A stretch of 64,000 bases of DNA from positions 3,068 through 67,067 of the forward strand of contig DATEDC010000099.1 in the NCBI GenBank assembly GCA_035286585.1, read 5' to 3'. The position numbers and the translations under genes were made by a program. This document shows positions 18,314-26,933 of this stretch, in pieces; within the stretch, counting starts at the first letter, position 1; each line of letters starts with the position of its first letter. The notes under the pieces are model-generated. The model saw nothing but the letters and a program-made list of their open reading frames with translations, was not told the origin of the DNA and did not search any database. The DNA comes from Anaerolineales bacterium. Its GTDB lineage: Bacteria; Chloroflexota; Anaerolineae; Anaerolineales; UBA4823.

Positions 18314-20083
18314 TCATTGTGACTCCCGTAACGCGATTACATCCTTTCGATTCAAAAAGGATTCACGCAATTCCTCGCTTCCGGTACGGGCGGCAATATA
18401 GTTAATGATCTCCCTGGCGAGGGCCCGATGCTGTCTGGATTGATCGGATTTACCTTGCCGATCCGCCAATTCAGCCAGGGCAGCTTGGACCTGCCAAATG
18501 ATAATCCTCGAGTGCATATTTTCTGCGTGCTCTAGGGCTTTAGTAAGTGCGTCATGTGCATCAGCGTGTTGTCCTGTTTCAAGAAGAGTTACCCCGCGCA
18601 TGTAGTACAACCAGGGCGTAAATAGACGGATGTCGGTGATGACCTCTGTTTCGAACAATTGGGAGATCTCGAGAGCACGGGGATAATCTTTTTCTGCCAG
18701 TGCAAGCTCGCAATACAAACCTTGAAAAACGATCCGTGCAAACCCCAACGGATCACCTTGTTGCAAGGCCTTTTCAGCGTTTTGCATCAATTTTCGAGCT
18801 TCTTCGAATTCATTGCGTTGAGCGTGGACTCGGGCTTTAATCGCAAGCGCCCAGGCGCCCCATCCAACGATCTCCTGACTCCTGTTTATCAGCGCCTTAT
18901 CGATGGTAGCGAGACCGCGTTCGATGTCTCCCAGGTACGCGTATATGTATCCTAATTCCGCTTGAGTTTGCAATAATGGCACGATGAAGCCGGCCTCCTC
19001 TGCCAACTGGATACACTGTTTCATGAGCTGGATGGCTTCTTCTGGATGGCCACGATCAAAGTAGATATCCCCTACGTACATGCGGCAGTAAGCCTGTCCC
19101 CAAAGATTTCCAATTGACTCGCTGAGCGCCGCAGCTTCCTGGTATTTAGCCAACGCCGGATCGTACTCTCCATTGAAATAATCATATGCGATCAAGGTCG
19201 ATAAGTTATCGACCAGCATTGGCAAATTGCCCAGCGAGCGCCATAGACTCTGCGCTTCTTTGAGTGCCTGATAACCTTTCTCAAACTGGTAGGTGCTGAC
19301 ATAAGGCTGGCTCACATCGTTGAGTGTGTAAGCCATCAGTTCTTTATGGTCGAGCTTGCGCGCCAGAGCCAGTGCCTGTTCGTGGTGTACGATTGAATCG
19401 ATGAATTTTCCTGTACGCGCATATAGCAGACCAAGTATCCAATGGATGCGCGCCTGTGATGTACGATCGCCGATTTTTTCCGCCAGTTCAAGCGCCATGT
19501 TGCTTAGTTTTTGTGCCCTATCCGCATCGTGTACTGCGCTGGGTGTGGCATATACCTTTGCCCGGGCGATGATCCCAGCCAACCGCATGGCTTCATCCCT
19601 GTTTTCGTTGGCTAAGGATTCCATATCTCTGTAGCACTCCAGAGCCTGGTTATATTGGGCATTTAATTCGTAGGCTATGCCGAGCTGGGAGAACAGGCGA
19701 TTTATTTTGTTTTGCCAAGAGCGGTCCCGCTTGGCAATATCCAATGCATATTTGTAATGCTCAATCGCCTCTGGAATGGCGTATATCTCCATTGCCTTAT
19801 CCCCGGAAATGGTGAAATAGCGCAAGGCGCGCTCATAATCACTGGCGGCATAGAAATGTCCGGCCAGAATTGGAGCAATTTCCTCTTCGCGCTCCCTGTA
19901 AATATCCTCCAGCACTGAACCCGTAATTCGATGCAATGCCTGCCGGTCGGATTTGAGGAGCGAGCCGTAAGCGGCTTCCTGGATAAGCGTGTGCCGGAAG
20001 AGATACTCTACTTCAGGCAGCACATTAACCAGTGACACCAACCCGGAGGCTTCCAGGATGCGCAGGTGGGTGCTATGGCTCAT
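18314..20083 (-). CDS. TPR-repeat protein, the C-terminal sensor/scaffold part of a cyclase-STAND-TPR architecture
   Basis: 589 aa. The N-terminus continues the winged-helix region of STAND NTPases (EYLFRHTLIQEAAYGSLLKSDRQALH), followed by more than 10 TPR-like repeats. Its start overlaps the upstream stop (ATGA). Confidence 0.75.
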   Translation of the reverse strand: MSHSTHLRILEASGLVSLVNVLPEVEYLFRHTLIQEAAYGSLLKSDRQALHRITGSVLEDIYREREEEIAPILAGHFYAASDYERALRYFTISGDKAMEIYAIPEAIEHYKYALDIAKRDRSWQNKINRLFSQLGIAYELNAQYNQALECYRDMESLANENRDEAMRLAGIIARAKVYATPSAVHDADRAQKLSNMALELAEKIGDRTSQARIHWILGLLYARTGKFIDSIVHHEQALALARKLDHKELMAYTLNDVSQPYVSTYQFEKGYQALKEAQSLWRSLGNLPMLVDNLSTLIAYDYFNGEYDPALAKYQEAAALSESIGNLWGQAYCRMYVGDIYFDRGHPEEAIQLMKQCIQLAEEAGFIVPLLQTQAELGYIYAYLGDIERGLATIDKALINRSQEIVGWGAWALAIKARVHAQRNEFEEARKLMQNAEKALQQGDPLGFARIVFQGLYCELALAEKDYPRALEISQLFETEVITDIRLFTPWLYYMRGVTLLETGQHADAHDALTKALEHAENMHSRIIIWQVQAALAELADRQGKSDQSRQHRALAREIINYIAARTGSEELRESFLNRKDVIALRESQ

Positions 20084-22017
20084 TGACGCCCCTGCCTTGC
20101 CAAGACTTGCTCTAGCACCTGCAGTGAGAAGCGCCGCCCAATCACGGAAGCGACACGTAAAGTGCGCTTCACCTCATCGGGCAGGCGGTCGATCCGGGCT
20201 AAAAGTAAGCTTTGGAGATTATCCGGGATATCCATCATGTCAATCGATCCCTCAGCCATCCAGCCCCCATCCCTTTGCACGACGATCTCGCGGTCAATCA
20301 ACATGCGGATGATTTCCTCAACAAAAAACGGGTTGCCCTCGGCTTTCTTAAGGATGATTGTGCGGATATTTTCAGGAAGGGCTTCAATTTCCAATAAATT
20401 CGCGACCAGCTGGCGGCTATCTTCTTCAGATAGAGAGTGGAGCTGCACCTCTACCAGGCTGTTACCCATCTGCTCTCGAGTTGCATTTATCAATCGCCAA
20501 CCGGGCGCATCCATGTCGGGGCGGGTCAGAAAACAAAATAGAATTGGCACCTCGTTGGCTAAAGGGAGCAATTTCGTCAGCAATTCAACCGAAGATGGGT
20601 CAGCCCAATGCAAATCTTCACACACCAGGATCAGCGGCTGTTGAGCAGCATTGGCGAGCAAGATACGCCGGATCGCAGACAGATACTTATTTTGCAGGCT
20701 TTGCGGGTCGAACAGGCGAATTCGCTCTAGAACAGCGGGCTCTAAAGGCAAGGAGAGGAGATGCCCGATGAAAGGAGTGATCTCTTCCGCCTGTCCACCG
20801 ACCAGGTCTTTGATCATTTGGAGCAAGCGAGTGTAGCTCTCGTCGCCGCTGGGTTTGCCAATCAATCCCAACGTCGAGCGCAACAGATCAATCAATAGAT
20901 GATATGCCAGACCTTGACCATAAGAAAGGCAGTGACCTTCGATCCATTCCAGTGGTGCAATTTCTGTTTCTTTTTTTAGTAATAGGGCTTTCCACTCGGC
21001 AATTAGACGCGATTTTCCCAACCCCGCTTCTCCGAGGATCAGCGCGGCTCGTCCCAGACCAGCCCGGACCACATCTGCCAGGTGGAGCAGTGCGTTCAGC
21101 TCCGCATGACGTCCGACCATTGGGCTTTCCAGGCCCTGTATGCCCCGCATCTTGCCAGGTTTGCTTTTGGGTTTCACTACCTCGTAGATTTGGATGAGAT
21201 CGGATTTTCCTTTTATACTGATCTTCCCGAGATCCCGACACTCGAAAACGGGGGTAATAAAGCGGTACGTGTTTTCAGCGATTAACACAGTCATCGGGCG
21301 GGCAGCGGATTGCAGCCGCGCCGCCAGATTGATTGCGTCCCCCATGGCAGTGTACTCGTATACCAGATTGCTGCCTACATCTCCGACCACTACAGGTCCA
21401 GTGCTCAACCCGACCCGAATAGCGAAGTCAATTCCATGTATCCGGCGCACTTCCTCAGCATAGCGACGTGTGGTTGAAACGATTTCGAGCGCGGCATGGG
21501 CTGCCCTTATTGGATCATCCTCGTGGGCGACAGGCGCCCCAAAGAACGCCAGCAGTCCGTCTCCCATCAAGCGGGCAATTGTGCCCTCATACATATAGAC
21601 AGCAGGGACCAAGAGATCGAAGGCCTGATTCATGACCTCTGTCCAATCTTCTGGATCCATGTGAGCCGCAAGCTCAGTGGAACCGACCACGTCGGCGAAC
21701 AACGCAGTGACAACACGGCGCTCGCCGGATAGATGGGCGACGGAGCGGATTTTTTCCGCCAGCGCAGTTGGCGTGTTTGCCACCAGGCGAGCCAGGCGTG
21801 GGTCTGCAGAAGGCGGGGCAGGACGCCTCTCTTGTTCTCGTGTAAGCGAATCCACGCCTGGTTTTGTGTCCAGGCGGTTGCCACACTGTTTGCAGAATTT
21901 AGCCGAAGCAGCGTTGATTGTTCCGCAGTTCAGGCATTTGCGCTCCAGCATGCTGCCGCAGTTCTGACAAAATTTCGCGTCGGATGGGTTTTCGAATGAG
22001 CAGGTGGGACAGATCAT
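20080..22017 (-). CDS. Double zinc-ribbon / class III adenylate-guanylate cyclase / AAA(STAND) ATPase protein
   Basis: N-terminal CPTCSFEN...CQNCG...CLNCG...CKQCG. Cyclase homology domain (VTALFADVVGSTEL...EGTIARLMGDGLLAFFGAP...RVGLSTGPVVVGDVG). P-loop LILGEAGLGKSRL and Walker B LILVCEDLHWAD. Confidence 0.85.
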   Translation of the reverse strand: MICPTCSFENPSDAKFCQNCGSMLERKCLNCGTINAASAKFCKQCGNRLDTKPGVDSLTREQERRPAPPSADPRLARLVANTPTALAEKIRSVAHLSGERRVVTALFADVVGSTELAAHMDPEDWTEVMNQAFDLLVPAVYMYEGTIARLMGDGLLAFFGAPVAHEDDPIRAAHAALEIVSTTRRYAEEVRRIHGIDFAIRVGLSTGPVVVGDVGSNLVYEYTAMGDAINLAARLQSAARPMTVLIAENTYRFITPVFECRDLGKISIKGKSDLIQIYEVVKPKSKPGKMRGIQGLESPMVGRHAELNALLHLADVVRAGLGRAALILGEAGLGKSRLIAEWKALLLKKETEIAPLEWIEGHCLSYGQGLAYHLLIDLLRSTLGLIGKPSGDESYTRLLQMIKDLVGGQAEEITPFIGHLLSLPLEPAVLERIRLFDPQSLQNKYLSAIRRILLANAAQQPLILVCEDLHWADPSSVELLTKLLPLANEVPILFCFLTRPDMDAPGWRLINATREQMGNSLVEVQLHSLSEEDSRQLVANLLEIEALPENIRTIILKKAEGNPFFVEEIIRMLIDREIVVQRDGGWMAEGSIDMMDIPDNLQSLLLARIDRLPDEVKRTLRVASVIGRRFSLQVLEQVLARQGRQ

Positions 22018-22029
22018 CCTTGGGTTCTG

Positions 22030-22689
22030 TTAACCGGTCGCGAGGCGGAAAAAAATCCAGATTGCGCAAACAACACCGATATCGGTCAAGAGCGCTCTCC
22101 AACGATGTTTGCCAACATACGGCAGTATTGCTATGGCGCTGGCTGCAAGCGCTGTGGTCCTGGGAACGCTGGTGGCTGTCAGGAGCAGGGTGAGCAGTGC
22201 GCCGCGAGTGAGCATGCGCGGCAAATATTGGGCCTGCACCTCTGCCTGGTAGGTTGGTGAGGCATAAACCATGATGCGCTCGCTGATATACCATACATAC
22301 ATCGCCAACAGGTAGCTGGTTCCGAGAATAGCCCACTGAGGGTCAAAAGGCGGAGCGATATCACCCAGAGCAGCTTGAATCCGGGCTGCGAGTATCCAGA
22401 TCGTCAGGTAATGAATACATTGATCCACGATGTAAGGTACGACCACCCATTTTGGGCGGAGTTTGTAGATCACGTTTTTAGCCACATCGATTATGAAATG
22501 CAGACCAGCCAGAACTGCAAGGTAAGGCCACAGGCGCCCTCGCTCTGCGCCTACCAGGAGGAGCGTCATAACCAGGTGAACTCCGGCATGGATGGCGACA
22601 AACAGGGTGCGGCGTTTATTGCGCAGGATCCATGAAAATTGCAGCGGGTAGTCGGCCAAGAAGTGGGCAAGCAAGATATGCCAAACCAT
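22030..22689 (-). CDS. DUF3307-family integral membrane protein
   Basis: N-terminus MVWHILLAHFLADYPLQFSWILRNK is typical of DUF3307, with ~6 TM helices. The gaps to both neighbouring genes are 5-12 nt. Confidence 0.6.
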   Translation of the reverse strand: MVWHILLAHFLADYPLQFSWILRNKRRTLFVAIHAGVHLVMTLLLVGAERGRLWPYLAVLAGLHFIIDVAKNVIYKLRPKWVVVPYIVDQCIHYLTIWILAARIQAALGDIAPPFDPQWAILGTSYLLAMYVWYISERIMVYASPTYQAEVQAQYLPRMLTRGALLTLLLTATSVPRTTALAASAIAILPYVGKHRWRALLTDIGVVCAIWIFFRLATG

Positions 22690-22694
22690 GATAT

Positions 22695-24524
22695 CTACCC
22701 ACTTGCCAGCAGGCGTTTGTGTGTGGCGCGCATACAGGTATCCATGACCACCATTAATCCTGCATCTTGGGCGCTTTGGGCTGCTGCTTCGTTGACGATC
22801 CCTTCCTGCATCCAGACCACCTTCGCCCCGATTTTGATCGCCTGCTCCACAATCGGGGGCACGGCCTCGCTGCGCCGGAAAATCAAGACGACATCGACGG
22901 TTTCAGGGAGCGCCAGCAAATCTGGGTATGCCTTTTCTCCTAACGCCTCAGTCAGGTATGGGTTTACCGGGAAAATGCGGTAGCCGGCTTTTTGCAAATA
23001 GGCTGGCACACTATGCGCCGGCACCTCGGGTCGTTCCGAGAGACCGACAACAGCGATGTTCCGGGTTTCGAGGAGAATGCGCTTCAGTTTTTCGTCGTCA
23101 GATTCCCGGTTGTTGAATGTAGCAAGAGGATTTTGGTCAACTTTTTCGAAATTGATCGGCAGATAGACCGTGAAGCAAGTTTTGCCGGGTTTGGAATATA
23201 CTTTTATTTCGCCGCCGTGTTTCAGAATGATGTTATAACTGATGTTCAAGCCCAATCCTGCGCCTTTGCCGACGGGCTTGGTGGTGAAGAACGGGCTGAA
23301 CAGCTTGTTCTGTATATCCTCCGGGATTCCCGCGCCGGTGTCCTGGATTTCAACGACCACCCAATCGCCATCCTGCCACGTGCGCAAAGTCAGATCACCC
23401 CGCCCATCCATTGCATCGATGGCGTTGTCGATCAGGTTGGTCCACACCTGGTTCAGCTCGCTGCCATAAACCTGGATGCGAGGTAAATCTGTTGCGTACT
23501 CGCGGCGCACGTTGACACCGGTTTTCAATTTGCCGCGCAGCATTACCAGGGTGTTATCCAATCCCTCGTGCAGGTCAACCGCCTGAACCGGAGCCTGGTC
23601 AAGATATACGTAACTCTTCAAGGATTTGACAATCTCGCTAATCCGGCTGGCTCCTTGACCGATCTCTTCCAGCAAGGTATAAGTACCCACGGTTGGTTCC
23701 AGCCAGGCGAGCAAGGTTTCCAGACTTTCGCCCTGAAATGCCTCCAACAAAGACCGGATTCGTCTGTCAGGATACCCCAGGGTTACCAGAACAGGAGCGT
23801 AATTCCAGGGCTGTTGAATGCCAGCTTTTTCCAGCCAGCTTTCGGCTTCATCTTCTCTATCGCTGCGGGTCAGGCTGTCGATGTCTGTAGGCCTTGCGGC
23901 GGCAGTTTGGGCAAGGCTGTTCAACTCTAAGAGATTATCTAACTGCGCTGGAATGAGGGATATCCGATACAGGCGCTGGCTGGCTTGCTGGAGGGCGGAG
24001 AATATAGATTTCAATTGCTCTGCGCCTCGTCCAGCGGCTGAAGCTGGATTATTGAGCTCATGGGCAATGCCTGCGGTTAGGGTGCCAAGCTGCGCCATCT
24101 TCTCACTCTGGCGCAGAACTAATTCAGTGGAGCGCAGACGGGCAGTGATGGTGTGCAGCAAGGCGCGCGCCGCAGATGGGCTGGTGTTTAGTAAGTTATT
24201 AAGCTGCTCGTGCCCAATCGCTAATAATAAGCTGTCTGAGCGCGCCCGCACCGTGGCAAAGCGCGGCGCGGACTCCAGCAGCGACATCTCACCAATCACT
24301 TCGCCCGGTTTGCGCACAGCAAGAAGCACGTTACGCCCCCCGGATGTTTTCAGGATTTCGATTTCGCCTTGTTGGATTACAAAGGCGCTGTCGCCGGGGC
24401 TGCCCTCTGTAAAAAGCTCTTCGCCGGCTTTCAAGCTGACCTCGGCTACCATCTCACACAGGCGTTCCAGATCTTCATCTGGCAGGTCGGCAAACAAGGG
24501 TATTTTTTTCAGGAATTCATACAT
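22695..24524 (-). CDS. Cyclic-nucleotide-binding domain / histidine kinase / C-terminal CoA-binding (YccU-like) domain protein
   Basis: cNMP-binding domain (IPLFADLPDEDLERL...GEVIGEMSLLESAPRFATVRA). H-box LTAGIAHELNNPASAA. HATPase N/G boxes (WTNLIDNAIDA, DTGAGIP, GKGAGLGL). C-terminal RNIAVVGLSERPEVPAHSVPAYLQKAGYRIFPVNP...VVLIFRRSEAVPPIVEQAIKIGAKVVWMQEG. Confidence 0.85.
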   Translation of the reverse strand: MYEFLKKIPLFADLPDEDLERLCEMVAEVSLKAGEELFTEGSPGDSAFVIQQGEIEILKTSGGRNVLLAVRKPGEVIGEMSLLESAPRFATVRARSDSLLLAIGHEQLNNLLNTSPSAARALLHTITARLRSTELVLRQSEKMAQLGTLTAGIAHELNNPASAAGRGAEQLKSIFSALQQASQRLYRISLIPAQLDNLLELNSLAQTAAARPTDIDSLTRSDREDEAESWLEKAGIQQPWNYAPVLVTLGYPDRRIRSLLEAFQGESLETLLAWLEPTVGTYTLLEEIGQGASRISEIVKSLKSYVYLDQAPVQAVDLHEGLDNTLVMLRGKLKTGVNVRREYATDLPRIQVYGSELNQVWTNLIDNAIDAMDGRGDLTLRTWQDGDWVVVEIQDTGAGIPEDIQNKLFSPFFTTKPVGKGAGLGLNISYNIILKHGGEIKVYSKPGKTCFTVYLPINFEKVDQNPLATFNNRESDDEKLKRILLETRNIAVVGLSERPEVPAHSVPAYLQKAGYRIFPVNPYLTEALGEKAYPDLLALPETVDVVLIFRRSEAVPPIVEQAIKIGAKVVWMQEGIVNEAAAQSAQDAGLMVVMDTCMRATHKRLLASG

Positions 24525-24537
24525 CTACAGCCTGGCC

Positions 24538-24870
24538 TCATGGGGTGAATAATTCTGCATCAGGATAGCACCAAATCCAATCTTCGCCCGGCTCGAATGA
24601 CTTGATCAATGGGTGCCCGGTAGCGTGGAAATGCTTGGTGGCATGCTTGTTCTTGGAATTATCACAGCAGCCCACATGCCCACAGATCATGCACAGGCGC
24701 AGATGCACCCATTCATCGCCTAACTGAAGGCATTCCTCGCAGCCATCGGCGCTGGGGATCACGTTCTGCACCTGGTCCATATGAGAGCACACTTGCGAGT
24801 CGATATCTCCAGTTGCCAGCAATCCATTTACCCAGTCAACCAGCTTTAGGCGAGATTTATGATCACTCAT
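24538..24870 (-). CDS. UBP-type zinc-finger (zf-UBP) domain protein
   Basis: CEECLQLGDEWVHLRLCMICGHVGCCDNSKNKHATKHFHATGHPL matches the zf-UBP Cys/His pattern. The ATG at 24870 has GGAGG upstream; the ORF track start at 24912 is TTG. Confidence 0.7.
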   Translation of the reverse strand: MSDHKSRLKLVDWVNGLLATGDIDSQVCSHMDQVQNVIPSADGCEECLQLGDEWVHLRLCMICGHVGCCDNSKNKHATKHFHATGHPLIKSFEPGEDWIWCYPDAELFTP

Positions 24871-24984
24871 TGGACCTCCAAAATAAGATGAGCCGCTTTG
24901 TAATGCCGCCAACGACCTGGGCTCGAATTAAGTGTGTATTATAAGATATATTATGTCTAATTCCTTGTATGTTTCGGTTCCTTA

Positions 24985-25722
24985 TTACCTAAACCACTTG
25001 TGATACCACAACTGCATGGTTTTGCTGGTGAATCCATTGCGCTGGTACAGGCGTTGCGCCTCCAGATTGCGCCCCTGGGTTACAACCTCTACTGCAGAGG
25101 CGCGCTGATTGCTGAACCAGTTCAAAGAAGCCTGCACCAATAAACCTCCCAGGCCGCGCCCGCGGGCATGCTCACTTACCCCGACCAGCTCGATCTCTCC
25201 CAGAGTTCTACCGGATTCTAATCGACAGGTGATAAAACCTGCTGCACTGCGGTCAATTTCTGCCACGAGCACGGCTTGCGCCCTGCCGTGGCAGCTCTTC
25301 GCAATCCATACCGCGTACATCTCGGCGCTCTTTTCGGGCGAAAAGAAGGGGTCGAAGAAAAAACGCGTTTGGGTAAAGCTGAGGCGTGCAATCCTCTCCA
25401 GCTCTGCCAGGTCATTTTCATCCCAGCTACGGATGATCACGCCGTCAGGTGGGACAGAACTGCCTCCCCAAGAATCCAGGCTCCTGCCCAGGGTCAAGCG
25501 CATATCCACGAATCGGAACCCCGCGTCCTCCGCCGTGCGGATGGTGTGGTTATCATGGGCATCCGCCAGCAGGTAGAGGCAGTCGATCTGCATGGTTTGG
25601 CACCAGGTGCGAGCAGACTGCCAGGATTGGGGATTCATCCGGCTATCCAGGTAGCGAGCGATCCGGCAACCGAAAAAGTCCGAATCCCAGGTCAGGAACT
25701 GGCAGGGTTCAGATGGATTCAT
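24985..25722 (-). CDS. GNAT-family N-acetyltransferase (WecD/TDP-aminosugar acetyltransferase-like)
   Basis: N-terminal LTWDSDFFGCRIARY as in WecD-type proteins. C-terminal GNAT core (IELVGVSEHARGRGLGGLLV...QRLYQRNGF). The start at ATG 25722 gives a 14-nt overlap with the upstream GT2. Confidence 0.7.
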   Translation of the reverse strand: MNPSEPCQFLTWDSDFFGCRIARYLDSRMNPQSWQSARTWCQTMQIDCLYLLADAHDNHTIRTAEDAGFRFVDMRLTLGRSLDSWGGSSVPPDGVIIRSWDENDLAELERIARLSFTQTRFFFDPFFSPEKSAEMYAVWIAKSCHGRAQAVLVAEIDRSAAGFITCRLESGRTLGEIELVGVSEHARGRGLGGLLVQASLNWFSNQRASAVEVVTQGRNLEAQRLYQRNGFTSKTMQLWYHKWFR

Positions 25723-26680
25723 GGGATGGTTCGCCCCCGGGGATGATCTCTTCGCGGATGACATAGGAGGGCTTGTCCATCATTCGGAAGTGCATCCGCG
25801 CCAGGTATTCGCCGATGATCCCCAGGGCGAATAATTGCACGCCCGAGAAGATAGCGATGGTAGAAGCCAGAAACGGGAAGCCTGGGACGCTGCCTCCCTG
25901 GATAATGTAGCGCCCGAGCACATAGATCAGCACAATTCCGCCGAACAAGGCGAAAAGGAAGCCCAGCATGCTGGCGAGCTGCAATGGCAGCACGCTGAAT
26001 CCGGTCATCATATTGAGGGCATGGATCACCAGCTTGCGGAATGTGTAATTCGATTTACCCGCCAGACGCAGATCGTGCCTCACCGGTACCGAGGCGAAGC
26101 GAGTGGTAGCCCAGGTCAGCAGCACGTCGATGGAAACAAATGGGCCCTGATAGTTTTCGAAGGCATCCCTCAGGCGGGTGCGAAAAGCGCGTAAGGCGCT
26201 CACTTTGCGGGCGGTTTCCGCGCCCATGGCGCTCTGCAAAGCTAGCTTGGTCACCTGCGAGGCGATGTCGCGCCACAGGCCGTGCTGCTCATGCTGTGGC
26301 GTGCCGTAGACCACATCGTGACCTTCATCCAGCTTCTCCAACAGCAGGTGTAGCTCCTCCGGGGGGTGCTGCAGGTCGTCATCCATGGTGATGATGAACT
26401 CATACTGCGCCGCACGGACGCCGGCTAATAAAGCGTTATGCTGCCCATAATTGCGCATCATGTTGATGGCGTGAAGCCAGGAATACTCCTGACTGAGGGC
26501 CGCGATCTTTTCCCAGCTCCGATCAAGGCTGCCGTCGTTTACCAGGATTACTTCGTAATTCTCGCTCAAGGCGGGGAGCGAACCCCCCAGGCGAGCCAGA
26601 AGCGCCTCCAGACTGGCTTCGCTATTGTAAACGGGGATAACAATTGAAAGACTGTTTACATACATATGAAACAAATCCAT
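25709..26680 (-). CDS. Family 2 glycosyltransferase, polyprenyl-phosphate glycosyltransferase type (ArnC/DPM1-like) with two C-terminal TM helices
   Basis: SIVIPVYNSEASLEALL, VNDGSLDRS, TMDDDLQHPPE (DxD) and a C-terminal membrane anchor. Confidence 0.85.
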   Translation of the reverse strand: MDLFHMYVNSLSIVIPVYNSEASLEALLARLGGSLPALSENYEVILVNDGSLDRSWEKIAALSQEYSWLHAINMMRNYGQHNALLAGVRAAQYEFIITMDDDLQHPPEELHLLLEKLDEGHDVVYGTPQHEQHGLWRDIASQVTKLALQSAMGAETARKVSALRAFRTRLRDAFENYQGPFVSIDVLLTWATTRFASVPVRHDLRLAGKSNYTFRKLVIHALNMMTGFSVLPLQLASMLGFLFALFGGIVLIYVLGRYIIQGGSVPGFPFLASTIAIFSGVQLFALGIIGEYLARMHFRMMDKPSYVIREEIIPGGEPSHESI

Positions 26681-26925
26681 ATTGGGTTTATATTTCCCAC
26701 AATCAGATCATCAACCCAGGAGGTGATGGTCATACAAATACCCCCGAATTTTACCAGAGAGGGATTTACCAAAACATCTGAGTTTATTCCCCTTGCAGAT
26801 ATTTTAACGACTGCTGCGCCGACTAACAACTCGCCTCCAACCTGTCTGCAAGTCCTAACCCGGTTGAGGCGAACGCGCCGCTCAGCGTGAGCGCTACCAT
26901 TGATGATACTGTTACGGGTTGTGCG

Positions 26926-26933
26926 GATTCTTG
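26926..26933. repeat. Left copy of the 8-bp target-site duplication GATTCTTG
   Basis: An identical octamer flanks the other IS end at 28366-28373. Confidence 0.8.

Noticed and set aside
26666-26890. 74-aa ORF (internal ATG at 26724 right after AGGAGG) in the GT2/aro divergent region
   Set aside because: The Shine-Dalgarno-like AGGAGG is only 2 nt from the ATG. The product has no recognisable features. The region is more simply the promoter/leader of the GT2 operon, now truncated by the IS, so I left it unannotated.
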